Assembly: GCA_002104905.1 (NCBI GenBank)
Contig: MCFE01000054.1
Coordinates: forward strand, 1-64,000
Reading direction: 5' to 3'
From: Basidiobolus meristosporus CBS 931.73
Taxonomy: Eukaryota > Fungi > Basidiobolomycota
DNA: 64,000 bases
In this document: piece by piece, positions 25,071 to 36,451 of the stretch
How positions within the stretch are numbered: the stretch's first letter is position 1
Layout: the number at the start of each line of letters is the position of its first letter
Position numbers and translations under genes: made by a program
Notes under the pieces: generated by a model
The model's database searches: none
The model's input: only the letters and a program-made list of their open reading frames with translations
What the model was told of the DNA's origin: nothing

Positions 25071-28000
25071 TCATAATTTGAGTGCCAATCTTTTTTGCGG
25101 ATATTTCCGTCTGACATACTCCCGGACAGGACCCAATACAACAACCACTTGCCAAAGAATTCCGGCGATCATGTTGGCAATGCTAAGTCCCCAGAGTTTC
25201 CATCTGAAGTCTGTCGGATATACGTTGTGTCCCTGAGGCAGACTGTAAGGCTCAATATACCAGCTTGGGTAGCCATATCCCAACTCCTCCAAGACCTCTG
25301 CTGTACCGCAATTCAAGCGTAGCAAGCAGCCCAGCCGATTTGGGTCTGCCAATTCCGAGTACATGACTATCACCAGAAATCCCACCCAGAGGATAAGTAG
25401 CCTCCAGTTTTTCCACCAAACTGCGCGGTATTTGTGACCAAAGTTGAAGACCATCGCCGCGTTGACAAATTGATATAGAGACACAAATGAGGCAGTTTCC
25501 GACTCGTAATTATCTCCCAGTAGCCACCATTTAGAGTAGTCGACAATGCTGGAATCGAATTCGTTACAACGGTACCACGGTTGTTGTCTAAGGAAAATGA
25601 AGGCGCCGATGAAGAACAAATGATTGATCACGATCTGGCCAAGGACGGAGGCTAACGTTTCAGGACCCAGGATACGGGCGGTAGGACGAGTAACTGCCAG
25701 CCTTGGCGCTGCCCATGATTGTGTAACAGCCCAGGCAAGCCCAACGGTCACAAATGCATCGATAAGAATCCAAACATTCTGGGACGGTTGCATGGAGTAG
25801 TAAAATGTGAATATCTTGACCCAAGCCATAGTTTGGCCGTACATGATCAAATATTTATAGCCCGCGAATGAGGTAGCCAAGGCTGCTCGGCCTTGCTTCA
25901 GGAGTTCGACACATGACATTATTGAACGTGTACTGCTGCTAAATGGAGATACGATGGAGGCTTCAGCTTCACTCAGAGCAAGGCCGACATGGGAAGCACG
26001 GAGAGCTCCACAGTCATTACCACCATCACCGCACATAGCGGTGACTCCTCGTTCCATATGAAGCTGAACACATTCGACCTTGTCATTTGGCTTCATTCTG
26101 GCAAATACACGAATATCCAGCAGGTACTTACGGATGGAGTCATCCTCCACCATATGGTTAAATGCCTTATTGGTAACCGCTAGCTCTAACGGCTGCTCAT
26201 GCCTGTTCTCTTCCGCTAGCTCGATACTCGTAGCCTCCCCAGTGTCCACATCCGTCCAAACAAGCCCTGCTTTAGAGACGTCTCCGAGAAGCACTCGATT
26301 GTTGGCTGGAATCATTCCACATTGTCTGGCAATATAAATACCAGTCAAAGCGGTGTCACCAGTGACCATGACTGTTCGTGTTCCTCCTTCCTTTAATTGT
26401 GTGATGGCATCGGTGGTATCGTCCTTTAACATGTTCTTGAATAGGACAAGCCCCATCAGGTTCAGTTGGCTCTCCATTTCCTCACGGGACCATTCCTGTA
26501 TCGATCGTGGATCGATCTTGCCAAGATCTCGATGCGCCATAGCCAATACATAGCAGCCCTCCATGGCAAGCTTATTGCACATGTCATCATATTCTAGAGG
26601 AATCAGAGCTGGATCGCATAGGTCTTTCACTTTTTCGAAAGACCCTTTTACGTAGACGTGTACATGTCCGGTCATTGTATCAAGGATAGCAACCGACATA
26701 GAGGCGCGGGCATGGACAAATTCATACCGTTTCACCACATGTATGGGTGGGTTGTTTGGCTCTTCGGTCGGGGTCAGGGTGTCCAAATAATTTCCATCTG
26801 CATGTGGAGCAAGTTGCCACTTTGTTGCGCGGAACATCTCGATATCGACCGGGTTTCCAATCAATTGATCCTTGACTTTGGTCACAGTATGGCATGTAGC
26901 TACTCCAAGGCGAATGATACGCGGAATATCGGAAAAAACATCCCTCCTCTCAGTAAACTCGGGGGTGGCTCTCTCCTGAGCTTTGCTCGGATAATCATCA
27001 TTGTATGTATTGATGGGCTGTACACCGTAGAACTCTAACCCTTCCTTTGTCAAGGTGCCTGTCTTATCAAAGCAGAAGATGCGAATCTTGCCAGCGATGA
27101 TGATCCTTGGAAGGTCAACACAGAATATCTTAAGTTTGCGTAGGCGGTTCGCCGCCACACTCTGACCGACGACCAATGCTGCGGGGAGTAGGGGAGAAAT
27201 AATCTGCGAGATGGTGAACATTCCATAGAACCAAGCAGCAATATCCCCACGTCCTCCCAGCCATAGTGCAACTCCAAAGCAAATCAAGCCGTACAAAAGA
27301 AGAACGCACATCACCACCCGTAGCTGTTCATCAAAAACGAATACAATGGGATTTGGGAACAAGATCTTTCGAACCAGCTTGCCCTTGTCGGTAGAGGTGT
27401 TTGTGCGTAACACAAGAGCTGTCGCCTTCTGTTGTGACTCTTGACCGACCGGGGCCGCTTGGGAAATGGTAGTTCCCGCATATAGAGTGTTGTTTTTTCC
27501 CGATCCGGCTGGATCATATTCGATGTTATCATCGTTGAGGGGGAACTTTCGGATCGGTAGAGGCTCTCCGGTCAGCGAGCTCTCATCAGCAACAATGTTT
27601 CCGCTAATGACGGCTCCATCACAAGGCACAGCCATGTCTCTAGTAACTTCGAAGACATCCCCCGGGACCAGCTCAGCAGTGGATAATTCGGTCCATTTAC
27701 CATCACGAAGGACTAGGCAGTCACTTCGGTGCTCAGCCATTTTTTTCACTCGGTGCTCGGAGGTAAGTCTTGTGAATACACGGATCAGAGAGGAAATTAA
27801 AATAACTCCAGTGTCCACTAGACCAATATAGTAGTAGTTATAGTAGTAAAACAGCCAGAGGATCATGAATTGGTAGAGATAGAAGAATGAGGTGAACTCT
27901 TGTAATAGCGCCACTGGGAACGAAGGAACCTTGACACTAATAAAGTTGCTTCCGACCAACTCTTTTCTTCTTATAGCTTCTTCCTGTGTCAATCCGTGCG

Positions 28001-29327
28001 ACTCCTGAATAAGGTCGTGATTGTTTCGACCAACTTCGATTTGAAATGGCTTGTAATCCTGTATTTCGTCGTCGAAAACGTAACGGGTGCATTGGAACTC
28101 GAAGTACCGTCTACCCAAGGTGGTGTTTTGCACAGGGCATGTGGTGACATGGTAATCCCACCCGAATAGATGCTTGAGCTTGTTTTCAAGTCCTCGAACG
28201 ACGGATAAGAGACGGCTCTTATCGTCGAGAAGAAGGTTTGTTTTCAACTGACGCTCAAATTGGATATAGTTGGATTTGTTCGGGCGGCCCTGGATGCGGA
28301 AATAATTCCGGATTCGAGCTCGGAGTATGTTAACCCCAAGTAACCAGGCAGCAGCAAAGTACCATACGGACACAAACACCACCGAAGAAAGAGTTCCGTC
28401 CAACTTGGTAAGGCCAAACGGAGCCCCGGTGATGGTGCCATAATAGTCTCCTGTAAGCACACCTAACCACACAAACCAGCCTATAACCATGAGCACGACA
28501 GACCAAAATGCGATGGTTCCGTAGAGGTTGTTGTTATACCCCTTGATGATGAAATCGCTGTCTTGCTCCTCATCAACTTCGACTTGTTCCTTCTTGGCCT
28601 TCTCACCATGTTCTTCTTTCTCCACGATTCGGTTGTTCTTTTCAGCTTCTTTCTGACGAATGATGGTTTCTCTCCGGATGAACCTCTCAGCGAATGTTTT
28701 GTATAGATGCCAAGTCACCAACAGGAACACCTCTATGCTCAAGATGGTCCACACCCCGATCCACATGGGTTCAGTGTATGTGAATTGCTGAACCTGAGTG
28801 GATTTAGGGCACGTAAGCCATATTTGGCTACCTGTAATGCCCTGGGAAACAAGAGGAATGTTGCTAAGACCCAAGTTACTAGCGCACGCTTCACCGGTCT
28901 GTGCGCCTACTCTTCTTGGGTCAAATTGAGGGATATCCACCCATTGGCCGTTTTTACAGGGATAGTACTGTTGGCTAAGCTGTATACCGGGACAAACACA
29001 TTTGCTAACTGCACCCGAACAGCTGGATTTACAAGAACCATCCTGACAATAACTCTGACCCTCAGGGCATGTGGGCCGAATTGATTGGGGACACTGGTTG
29101 ATGTCAGTCACACAAAGAATAGGGCACATAGCATGCTTTCTTGTTCCAAGTGGACAAATATTTCCGCTGGAATTCTTCTCATTGACTAGTAGCAGGAATT
29201 TAGCATTTGGATCGTCACCAGTGCAGAGAGCAGAATTCTACTTACTTGGAATCAGTGGCACCGAGAAGACGTGCAACACAGAGACGAGGATTAGGAAAGA
29301 ACGAGCTCCATGTATGAGATTCAACAT
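25071..29327 (-). CDS. P5-type (P5B-like) ATPase with N-terminal signal peptide and Cys-rich extracellular domain, 2 exons
   Basis: DKTGTLT phosphorylation site, ESSLTGE, VYVKGSFE, MVTGD, VFARMKPNDK, MCGDGGNDCGAL. Exon 1 (29327-29246; MLNLIHGARSFLILVSVLHVFSVPLIP) splices through a 60-nt GTAAGT...CTAG intron in frame to exon 2 (29185-25071). Confidence 0.92.
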
Positions 29328-30099
29328 GGTAGCGAAATATCAACAATCGATTTTTCTCGAAGGATATATCCAAACCAGCAGGTAAACAGAATTGGAAGAT
29401 TTTATAAATCGTGTATGCAGGGAGAGTGAATGTACCCTTTAGCTGTTTGGTTGATGATTGCCTTGAAGATGCTATGTGATGTCTGTATTTATACTTGGGT
29501 CTCCCTAAATGTCCGAATTTCATAGGCTCAAGGTATACATATAATGGGGATCCTTTCTATAATGTGACTGCAAAATCGAAAGTGAAACCTTAAATTAATA
29601 GAGTATCAAAACAATGGAGCAGTTGCTGTATAGTCTTATAGTAGACTACCATTGAAATTGCATAGCTCGAAAAGTGATACGCACTCGACCAAATCACACT
29701 CTTTAAACCCCAAAGCATTTGGTAACATGAACTGGTAAGTCTATTGGTTTCTTTTTCAGGTGAGATGTGCCGGAAATAGAGGATCGATGTGAGTCCGTTA
29801 CTTCAGGTCTACAGCAAACTGACCTTATTCTAAACATAAACGGCACCCTGTCTTTTTATTCACATAATGAGTATATCTGCAACATTTGGATCCGAACTGA
29901 CACGCTAGATAAGCTTATCACGGGGTGACCTGAATTTAAGCTTCATAGCCTCGATTTGGCACCGTATTGACGGGGGATCATGTGACCGCGATGTGACCAT
30001 ATTTCTCAGAGACCAATCTTTGGCAGCTTACGTAGAGTTGTCGTAATTTTCGCCATTGTTTGCTAACTAATGCATGACGAGGAGTTTGAAGACAACCCT

Positions 30100-32300
30100 G
30101 ATTCGACAGAATTCAGTTCCACATAAGGGGAGTATCTATAGGATCTCTGCCCACAATCCTCTCTGTAGGCATTGAACCTGCTGCATTAGGAATCGGGGTG
30201 GATATGCCTGTTCCTAGAAAGCGCTTATCACCACTGATATTACATTGCGTTGTGAAGGAGGTAGAAGGCACGAACCTTGGAAATCCATCAGAATGGCGGG
30301 GTGCGGTGTCATCTGGTCGCACTGGGGCTAGCTAATGTTTGATTGGCAACCTACTCCATCCTTTTCGGTGCCATTCAAGTTTCCAACTTCGAGAAATGCT
30401 GAGACTGAAAAAACCAACAGTGTGGATTCTAGGTTTCATCCACACATTACTTAACACTGCCACCAGTCATTCATTGGTTACTCAAATCCAAAGTAGACAT
30501 ACCGATTCAGTCTTCCGCGACAATTCCAAATCGGCTTCAAAATACGTGCCGCCAGGTGTTGTCTGCTGACGATGATCTCGATGGGCAACAACACGCCTTT
30601 CACATGACTGACTGAGGCCTTTTTTCTGCTGCATTGACCAATCCTTTCCAAGATGAAACGATATATACACGATTCACAGAGCTAAATAGGAAGCCAGAAA
30701 CAAACCTTTCCCTTGGTTCAGAAGAGATTGGTTCTCGCCCTTAGCACGACCATCCATATCGATCTGTCATGTATTCAACAGCAGGTACTGATGTCCAATT
30801 GTAGTGACCTCGGGACATGGAAGTACTCGATGATGTCAGTGTGTTGCCTATTTGGTGGTATGTCAGAGAATTCAGCAATCTTTTGATTAATAATGGTTTT
30901 ACCACTCACCTGGAATAGTGCTCATGTTGTTCTTTAATGAAGGTCTCTGTGTTGAGGTTGTTGTCAAGGCCAGTTTGGCTTGATTGGTTAAGTGCTGCCG
31001 TGAATCATGTCTGATCGGATGGCACAAATGGAATTCTACCACCGCTGATTGATACATGCCCCTCCAGTATCCACAAGTTTGAATCACCATCCCACACGCG
31101 TTCCATTGGAAGGAACCATAATTTTAGCATGGGCTAAGCCTCACCTCTTAGCAAATCCATGGCCCTCCATCTTTGGAGTCACCCATTTTAGAAATGGCCG
31201 AGATCGCACACTGACAGATGCGCCAAGGGCTACCTTTGCACCACACTATCCTACTCTGAGGTTTAACACAAAGTTTCAATGGATACGACAGAGGCATGCT
31301 TTATTCTTAAATCATCTCTTACTCACCGATGCGACCGCATAACGGCATGCCGCAAGAAACATTGTATAACTATATGTTCCCGGCCGTGCCAGTTTCCAGA
31401 CTGTGAAATGCCGGAGTATGTAAAATGGTACCAATTGCCCCATTCATAAAAATAAAGCCATGAAACGGTCCTTGATTTTTATCCAGTTCAGAGGCAAGTA
31501 AGGTTTGATGAAGGTGATGTACCTTGCATAGTAGTATGCAAGCTTGATTCAGGTTGGGACTTACTTGAAGCAATTGAGTTTCACAGCCCAGAGGCAGTGT
31601 ACTTTTCCTTGGTCTATAATGTGGGTTAGATCCGAATCAATCAATTAATAAACAATTTCTCTGGATGAAGGTCGAGTATCCGCCATGTTTGAGTAACCAT
31701 TGAATTGTATAGCGAAGATAACCGCATACTGTTAACATTGGGATTCAGATGCCGTCAAGCGAGCGCTTTATCGATCTATAACGCGATACTCTGTTAAAGT
31801 ATTAATAATAACGTTCCACCGCCTGCTACAAAGGTGTTGGGTACTTTGGCCTGTCGGTTCGAGAATACCACGTACCCATGAACTCATCACCATCTTTCTA
31901 GAAGGCCGTCATGTATCTATATCAGGCATATTGATCTTACCGTTACTTCTTTTCTACTGAGACATGTCTAGCACACTCACCTCGTGTGTATCAAGCTACA
32001 TTCAGCCCTATGGGAACGTCCATATTCGCCCCGAACCAATATTTCTTGGATACTGGATTTTTCAAGAGCGCCTGCTGATAACTGAACATCAAAAGATCCA
32101 CATTCCCTTTTTGTACAGTCATATACAGGATAAAGGGCCTTCTGAGTGGGTGCTTCCATACAAGATTTACTAAATCGGAATCCCAGGCTGATGCATATCC
32201 AGCCAACGAAAATCCCTTCGGAATGATCAGCCCCTTCGCTTGGAAAGCGTATCATAGATGTCACGTCTTGCTTCAATGAAAGTGAATGTCGCAAGCTTGT
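30100..32300 (-). pseudogene. Unidentified multi-exon decayed gene or spliced non-coding transcript
   Basis: Intron-sized canonical donor/acceptor pairs: 31326-31256 (71 nt), 30909-30848 (62 nt, CTGAC branch), 30502-30405 (98 nt), plus a 49-nt exon 31613-31565 with a CTAAC branch upstream and a GTAAGT donor. No continuous frame could be built. Confidence 0.25.
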
Positions 32301-32419
32301 GTAGAAAGCAGCAAAATAACTCAGGTTTATTGGTGTGTTTAAATAAGATAAGTATATGTCAAGTGAATAAGTAAGGATATCATTTAAAGTTGAGGTGCTC
32401 AATATGTCGAATAATTGGC

Positions 32420-33457
32420 CTATTGTAACAAGACCAAACCGATTAAAGCTGCCAGGACACTGCTGGCGTTGACTACAGCTGACGAGACACCTGTGTTGCT
32501 GGTGCTACCGTTCGACTTGACACCACTGGCATTGAGTGTGGAGTTGGTTTGCTGGCCAGGGATCAAAACCCCGTCCAGGATATGGACGACTCCGTTGCTA
32601 GTGAGCAGGTTGGTGGAGACTAGCTTCATTCCATTGACCGTGACATTCCCCCCGCTCACCTGGACACTCAGCGTGGCTCCTTGAAGGGTGGTCAGCTTTT
32701 CGCCGTCGTTGAGGTCGGCGGAGTACTTGATTCCCGGGCTGACCACATGGTACTTGAGAATATCCACCAAGGCGGTGGTGTTGAGGAGCCCTGCATTCGC
32801 TTTCGCTAGGGCCTCATTGGTGGGGGCGAAGATGGTTGCCCCCTTCAGCCCGTCGATCGTCTCCACAAGATTCGCCTTGCTCAGTAGGTCTACGAGGGTG
32901 GTCAGGTTGGCACTGGCAACTGCGAGACTGGGCTTGGCAGGGGCCGTGAGTACTTGGTCGATGATATGAATCACCCCGTTGGAGGAGGACAGGTCAGCCT
33001 GGATCACCTTGGCGCTCTTCGTCCCGTAGGTGACCATCACCTCCCCTCCATCCTTGCTGAGGCCCACCACCTGGGGTTTGCCATCAGGAAGGTTCACCAG
33101 CTCCGTGCTGTTCAATAGGGTTTCCTTGAACTGAAGGGGCTTGGGCTTCAGCTCCGTGGACAAAATCTTCCCCGAGATGACATGGTACATCAGCAGATCC
33201 TGCACGAGTGTGGGATTCGAAGCATCAATCTGGGCAGCGGCGAATGCAGCATCGCTTGGAGCGAGCACCGTGAATGGGCCATTCCCAGATAGAAGGCTTT
33301 TGAGCACACCGAAGGCGGGATTGTTCATGATGGTAGCAAGGGTGGAGAGACTGGTATTCTCGGCAGCATTCTCGGCCAAGGATTTCTGGGCATCTTGAGC
33401 GATAACACATGAGATGACGAAGAGAGAGGCTACAGGGAAGAATGATTGCACTTTCAT
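32420..33457 (-). CDS. Secreted two-domain fasciclin (FAS1) protein, copy 1, probable GPI tail
   Basis: Signal peptide MKVQSFFPVASLFVISCVIA; two FAS1 domains (FTVLAPSDAAF...LLMYHVI...NGVIHIIDQVL; ATIFAPTNEAL...ILKYHVV...NGVVHILDGVL); Ser/Thr/Asn-rich linker; hydrophobic tail VLAALIGLVLLQ*. Confidence 0.93.
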   Translation of the reverse strand: MKVQSFFPVASLFVISCVIAQDAQKSLAENAAENTSLSTLATIMNNPAFGVLKSLLSGNGPFTVLAPSDAAFAAAQIDASNPTLVQDLLMYHVISGKILSTELKPKPLQFKETLLNSTELVNLPDGKPQVVGLSKDGGEVMVTYGTKSAKVIQADLSSSNGVIHIIDQVLTAPAKPSLAVASANLTTLVDLLSKANLVETIDGLKGATIFAPTNEALAKANAGLLNTTALVDILKYHVVSPGIKYSADLNDGEKLTTLQGATLSVQVSGGNVTVNGMKLVSTNLLTSNGVVHILDGVLIPGQQTNSTLNASGVKSNGSTSNTGVSSAVVNASSVLAALIGLVLLQ

Positions 33458-33540
33458 TGTTGGCTATTACTTGGACAACACTTGGATTGCTTGTGTATGT
33501 ATGTTGGCTTTCTCGTAATACTAAATAATACTTAAGCCTT

Positions 33541-33548
33541 TTTATATA
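33541..33548 (-). promoter_or_regulatory. TATA box of fasciclin copy 1
   Basis: TATATAAA on the minus strand, starting 91 nt upstream of the ATG. Confidence 0.55.
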
Positions 33549-34137
33549 GGAGCTAAGCAGGCAATCGATGTAGTGAATCGACATTGTACAAATGTATCCT
33601 GCAATTATCCGATTTAGGAGAAAATTCATGTTATCCAGGACTCAAAGAAATTCCATGTAATGGAGTGAAGAATTTCGATGATTACTGTCATTCTCATATG
33701 AAGAATAGTATCCCTCTTTTTCATATCACCTTCATCATTTGGTACCAAAGCTCCGATCATGAAGTATACATCATATAGGAATCTTAGCTGCAGAAGCCTC
33801 CTGTGAAGCTGAAAACCGTATTTGATTATACTAAATGAAATTGAGTTCTCTGGATATGACTTTATGATAACTAGCTAGAATTCGGGGAATGCATTTGAAT
33901 ACGAGTTTACGTACACGATTTTTATCCAACTCAGTTCTGTAGGATAGATTCCAAGTCAAGGATCCAATCTCATCACGCATTACGTGGCTAATTATACCAT
34001 AGTACATGGAGAGGCAACAGTGCTCAAGATTCGAACGCGATCCAGTGATCGCAAAATAATTCCCGAAGATACTATGCAACTTGTACATACAAAGGAAAGT
34101 ATAGATGGAATTCACAGTATAAGGCGAGAAATAATGG

Positions 34138-34145
34138 TATATATA
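34138..34145 (+). promoter_or_regulatory. TATA box of fasciclin copy 2
   Basis: TATATATA starting 89 nt upstream of the ATG, nearly the same spacing as copy 1. Confidence 0.5.
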
Positions 34146-34226
34146 GTGGCTATGGATTTCCATACTACTCCCAGAAAGCCAACAAATACACAAGCAATCC
34201 AAGTGTTGTCCAAGTAATAGCCAACA

Positions 34227-35264
34227 ATGAAAGTGCAATCATTCTTCCCTGTAGCCTCTCTCTTCGTCATCTCATGTGTTATCGCTCAAGATGCCCAGAA
34301 ATCCTTGGCCGAGAATGCTGCCGAGAATACCAGTCTCTCCACCCTTGCTACCATCATGAACAATCCCGCCTTCGGTGTGCTCAAAAGCCTTCTATCTGGG
34401 AATGGCCCATTCACGGTGCTCGCTCCAAGCGATGCTGCATTCGCCGCTGCCCAGATTGATGCTTCGAATCCCACACTTGTGCAAGATCTGCTGATGTACC
34501 ATGTCATCTCGGGGAAGATTTTGTCCACGGAGCTGAAGCCCAAGCCCCTTCAGTTCAAGGAAACCCTATTGAACAGCACGGAGCTGGTGAACCTTCCTGA
34601 TGGCAAACCCCAGGTGGTGGGCCTCAGCAAGGATGGAGGGGAGGTGATGGTCACCTATGGGACGAAGAGCGCCAAGGTGATCCAGGCTGACCTGTCCTCC
34701 TCCAACGGGGTGATTCATATCATCGACCAAGTACTCACGGCCCCTGCCAAGCCCAGTCTCGCAGTTGCCAGTGCCAACCTGACCACCCTCGTAGACCTAC
34801 TGAGCAAGGCGAATCTTGTGGAGACGATCGACGGGCTGAAGGGGGCAACCATCTTCGCCCCCACCAATGAGGCCCTAGCGAAAGCGAATGCAGGGCTCCT
34901 CAACACCACCGCCTTGGTGGATATTCTCAAGTACCATGTGGTCAGCCCGGGAATCAAGTACTCCGCCGACCTCAACGACGGCGAAAAGCTGACCACCCTT
35001 CAAGGAGCCACGCTGAGTGTCCAGGTGAGCGGGGGGAATGTCACGGTCAATGGAATGAAGCTAGTCTCTACCAACCTGCTCACTAGCAACGGAGTCGTCC
35101 ATATCCTGGACGGGGTTTTGATCCCTGGCCAGCAAACCAACTCCACACTCAATGCCAGTGGTGTCAAGCCGAACGGTAGCACCAGCAACACAGGTGTCTC
35201 GTCAGCTGTAGTCAATGCCAGCAGTATCCTGATGGTTTTGATTGCATCAGAGCTGTTGTACTAA
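34227..35264 (+). CDS. Secreted two-domain fasciclin (FAS1) protein, copy 2
   Basis: Same as copy 1 except one S/P substitution and a different tail, ILMVLIASELLY*. Confidence 0.93.
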   Translation: MKVQSFFPVASLFVISCVIAQDAQKSLAENAAENTSLSTLATIMNNPAFGVLKSLLSGNGPFTVLAPSDAAFAAAQIDASNPTLVQDLLMYHVISGKILSTELKPKPLQFKETLLNSTELVNLPDGKPQVVGLSKDGGEVMVTYGTKSAKVIQADLSSSNGVIHIIDQVLTAPAKPSLAVASANLTTLVDLLSKANLVETIDGLKGATIFAPTNEALAKANAGLLNTTALVDILKYHVVSPGIKYSADLNDGEKLTTLQGATLSVQVSGGNVTVNGMKLVSTNLLTSNGVVHILDGVLIPGQQTNSTLNASGVKPNGSTSNTGVSSAVVNASSILMVLIASELLY

Positions 35265-35620
35265 ATTGTAGACTTGAAATTTATTTATATACTTGAAGCG
35301 GATCTTTACTTGAAATAGATATGAAATGTCGATAGACTCCCACGAAGTGAAGTGTTGTTTAGAGTCGTTTATTAACCGCAATAGTGATGTATGGCAAATA
35401 GTTGGCTATAATGTGCGATTAAAGAGTAACCACTGACAAATTCTCTTTTGATATTGCTATATTTATTGTACAACGATATTTTACATAATTATATGAACTA
35501 CTTGTCAAAAGCCTAGTAGCTGACAGCGAAAAATAATAGTATGTAATATAACTAATCTACATAATGATTGAACACCAAGTGAGGTATGTGATGAGGCAAC
35601 CATGACAGGATACATCCATA

Positions 35621-36451
35621 TTACAAATTGGCAATTTGAGGGCTTAAAGAGTTGCTGGAATTCGTCCACTGTGTTTCTCTGATGCTACCTAACATAGGTG
35701 ATTCAGAAAGTGAGGAAATGGAGATGCAAGTGTTCCTGGAATTTCTAAAGGGTTGCTCAATCCTCATATGATAGGTTTTCCGCCTGTTGTACTTGTTGGT
35801 ATCCTCCTCGGACTGTTGATCCTCAATTGACTGAATGCTTCGTTTCGCTATTGGGGTTCCTCTGATAGCTTCATTCTTTTTAGTGTTAAATGATGTTAAC
35901 ATGATCAATTTGTCTCCGTATTTTTGAAGGACCTCTGTCTTGATGAATAGGTCAAAGCCGCAAAGAAAGAGGAATTCTACCTCCAGTTGGTTCAACTCCG
36001 CCAAAGGGATCCCCCCGATCTAAATGGTTGCCAGGAAGATCAGTAGATTGCAGAAGGAAACTGTGGACTGAGATTTGCTTACCTTTGCGTATTGCGAATT
36101 GGGGTAAAAAACATCGGAGGAGAACTTCGTCGAGACTGCCAAGCTCGCGATCAACAGACGATGAATATTTAACGAGTTGATGATAAATTTACTGTCTCGC
36201 TTAACTGATAACTCAGTGATACGATCAAAATAGACCAAGATGCCAAGCAACGCCTCGTTTTCGAACGGGGCGAACTTGATGATGCGATGGAGATATGCTT
36301 GGATTGAAATGTTAGGAACTGCCCTTGAGTGAAACCAGGTTACGTTTTTACTCGGTATTTTATCGTTGGCTTTAATGATGGATTCTAGTAGATGTGTGAC
36401 CAATGCAAGAGTTTTTGCCACTGGGTATTGAGCCAGATTGAAATGTACCAT
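35621..36451 (-). CDS. Pho80/Pcl6-7-like cyclin, 2 exons
   Basis: FHSRAVPNISIQAYLHRI, LVYFDRI, NSLNIHRLLIASLAVSTKFSSDVFYPNSQYAK then IGGIPLAELNQLEVEFL; 63-nt intron 36082-36020. Confidence 0.9.

Larger units (their letters stand above)
32459..35225. repeat. ~1.05-kb inverted repeat (arms 32459-33513 and 34173-35225, spacer 659 bp)
   Basis: Manual alignment: 6 substitutions in 999 coding nt; homology extends about 55 nt into the 5' UTR (one small indel) and stops 12 codons before the stops. Confidence 0.95.

Noticed and set aside
34020-34090. tRNA-like T-loop (GTTCGAATC on the minus strand)
   Set aside because: No acceptor stem, D-arm or anticodon arm can be formed. No tRNA, rRNA or snRNA gene was recognised anywhere in the window.
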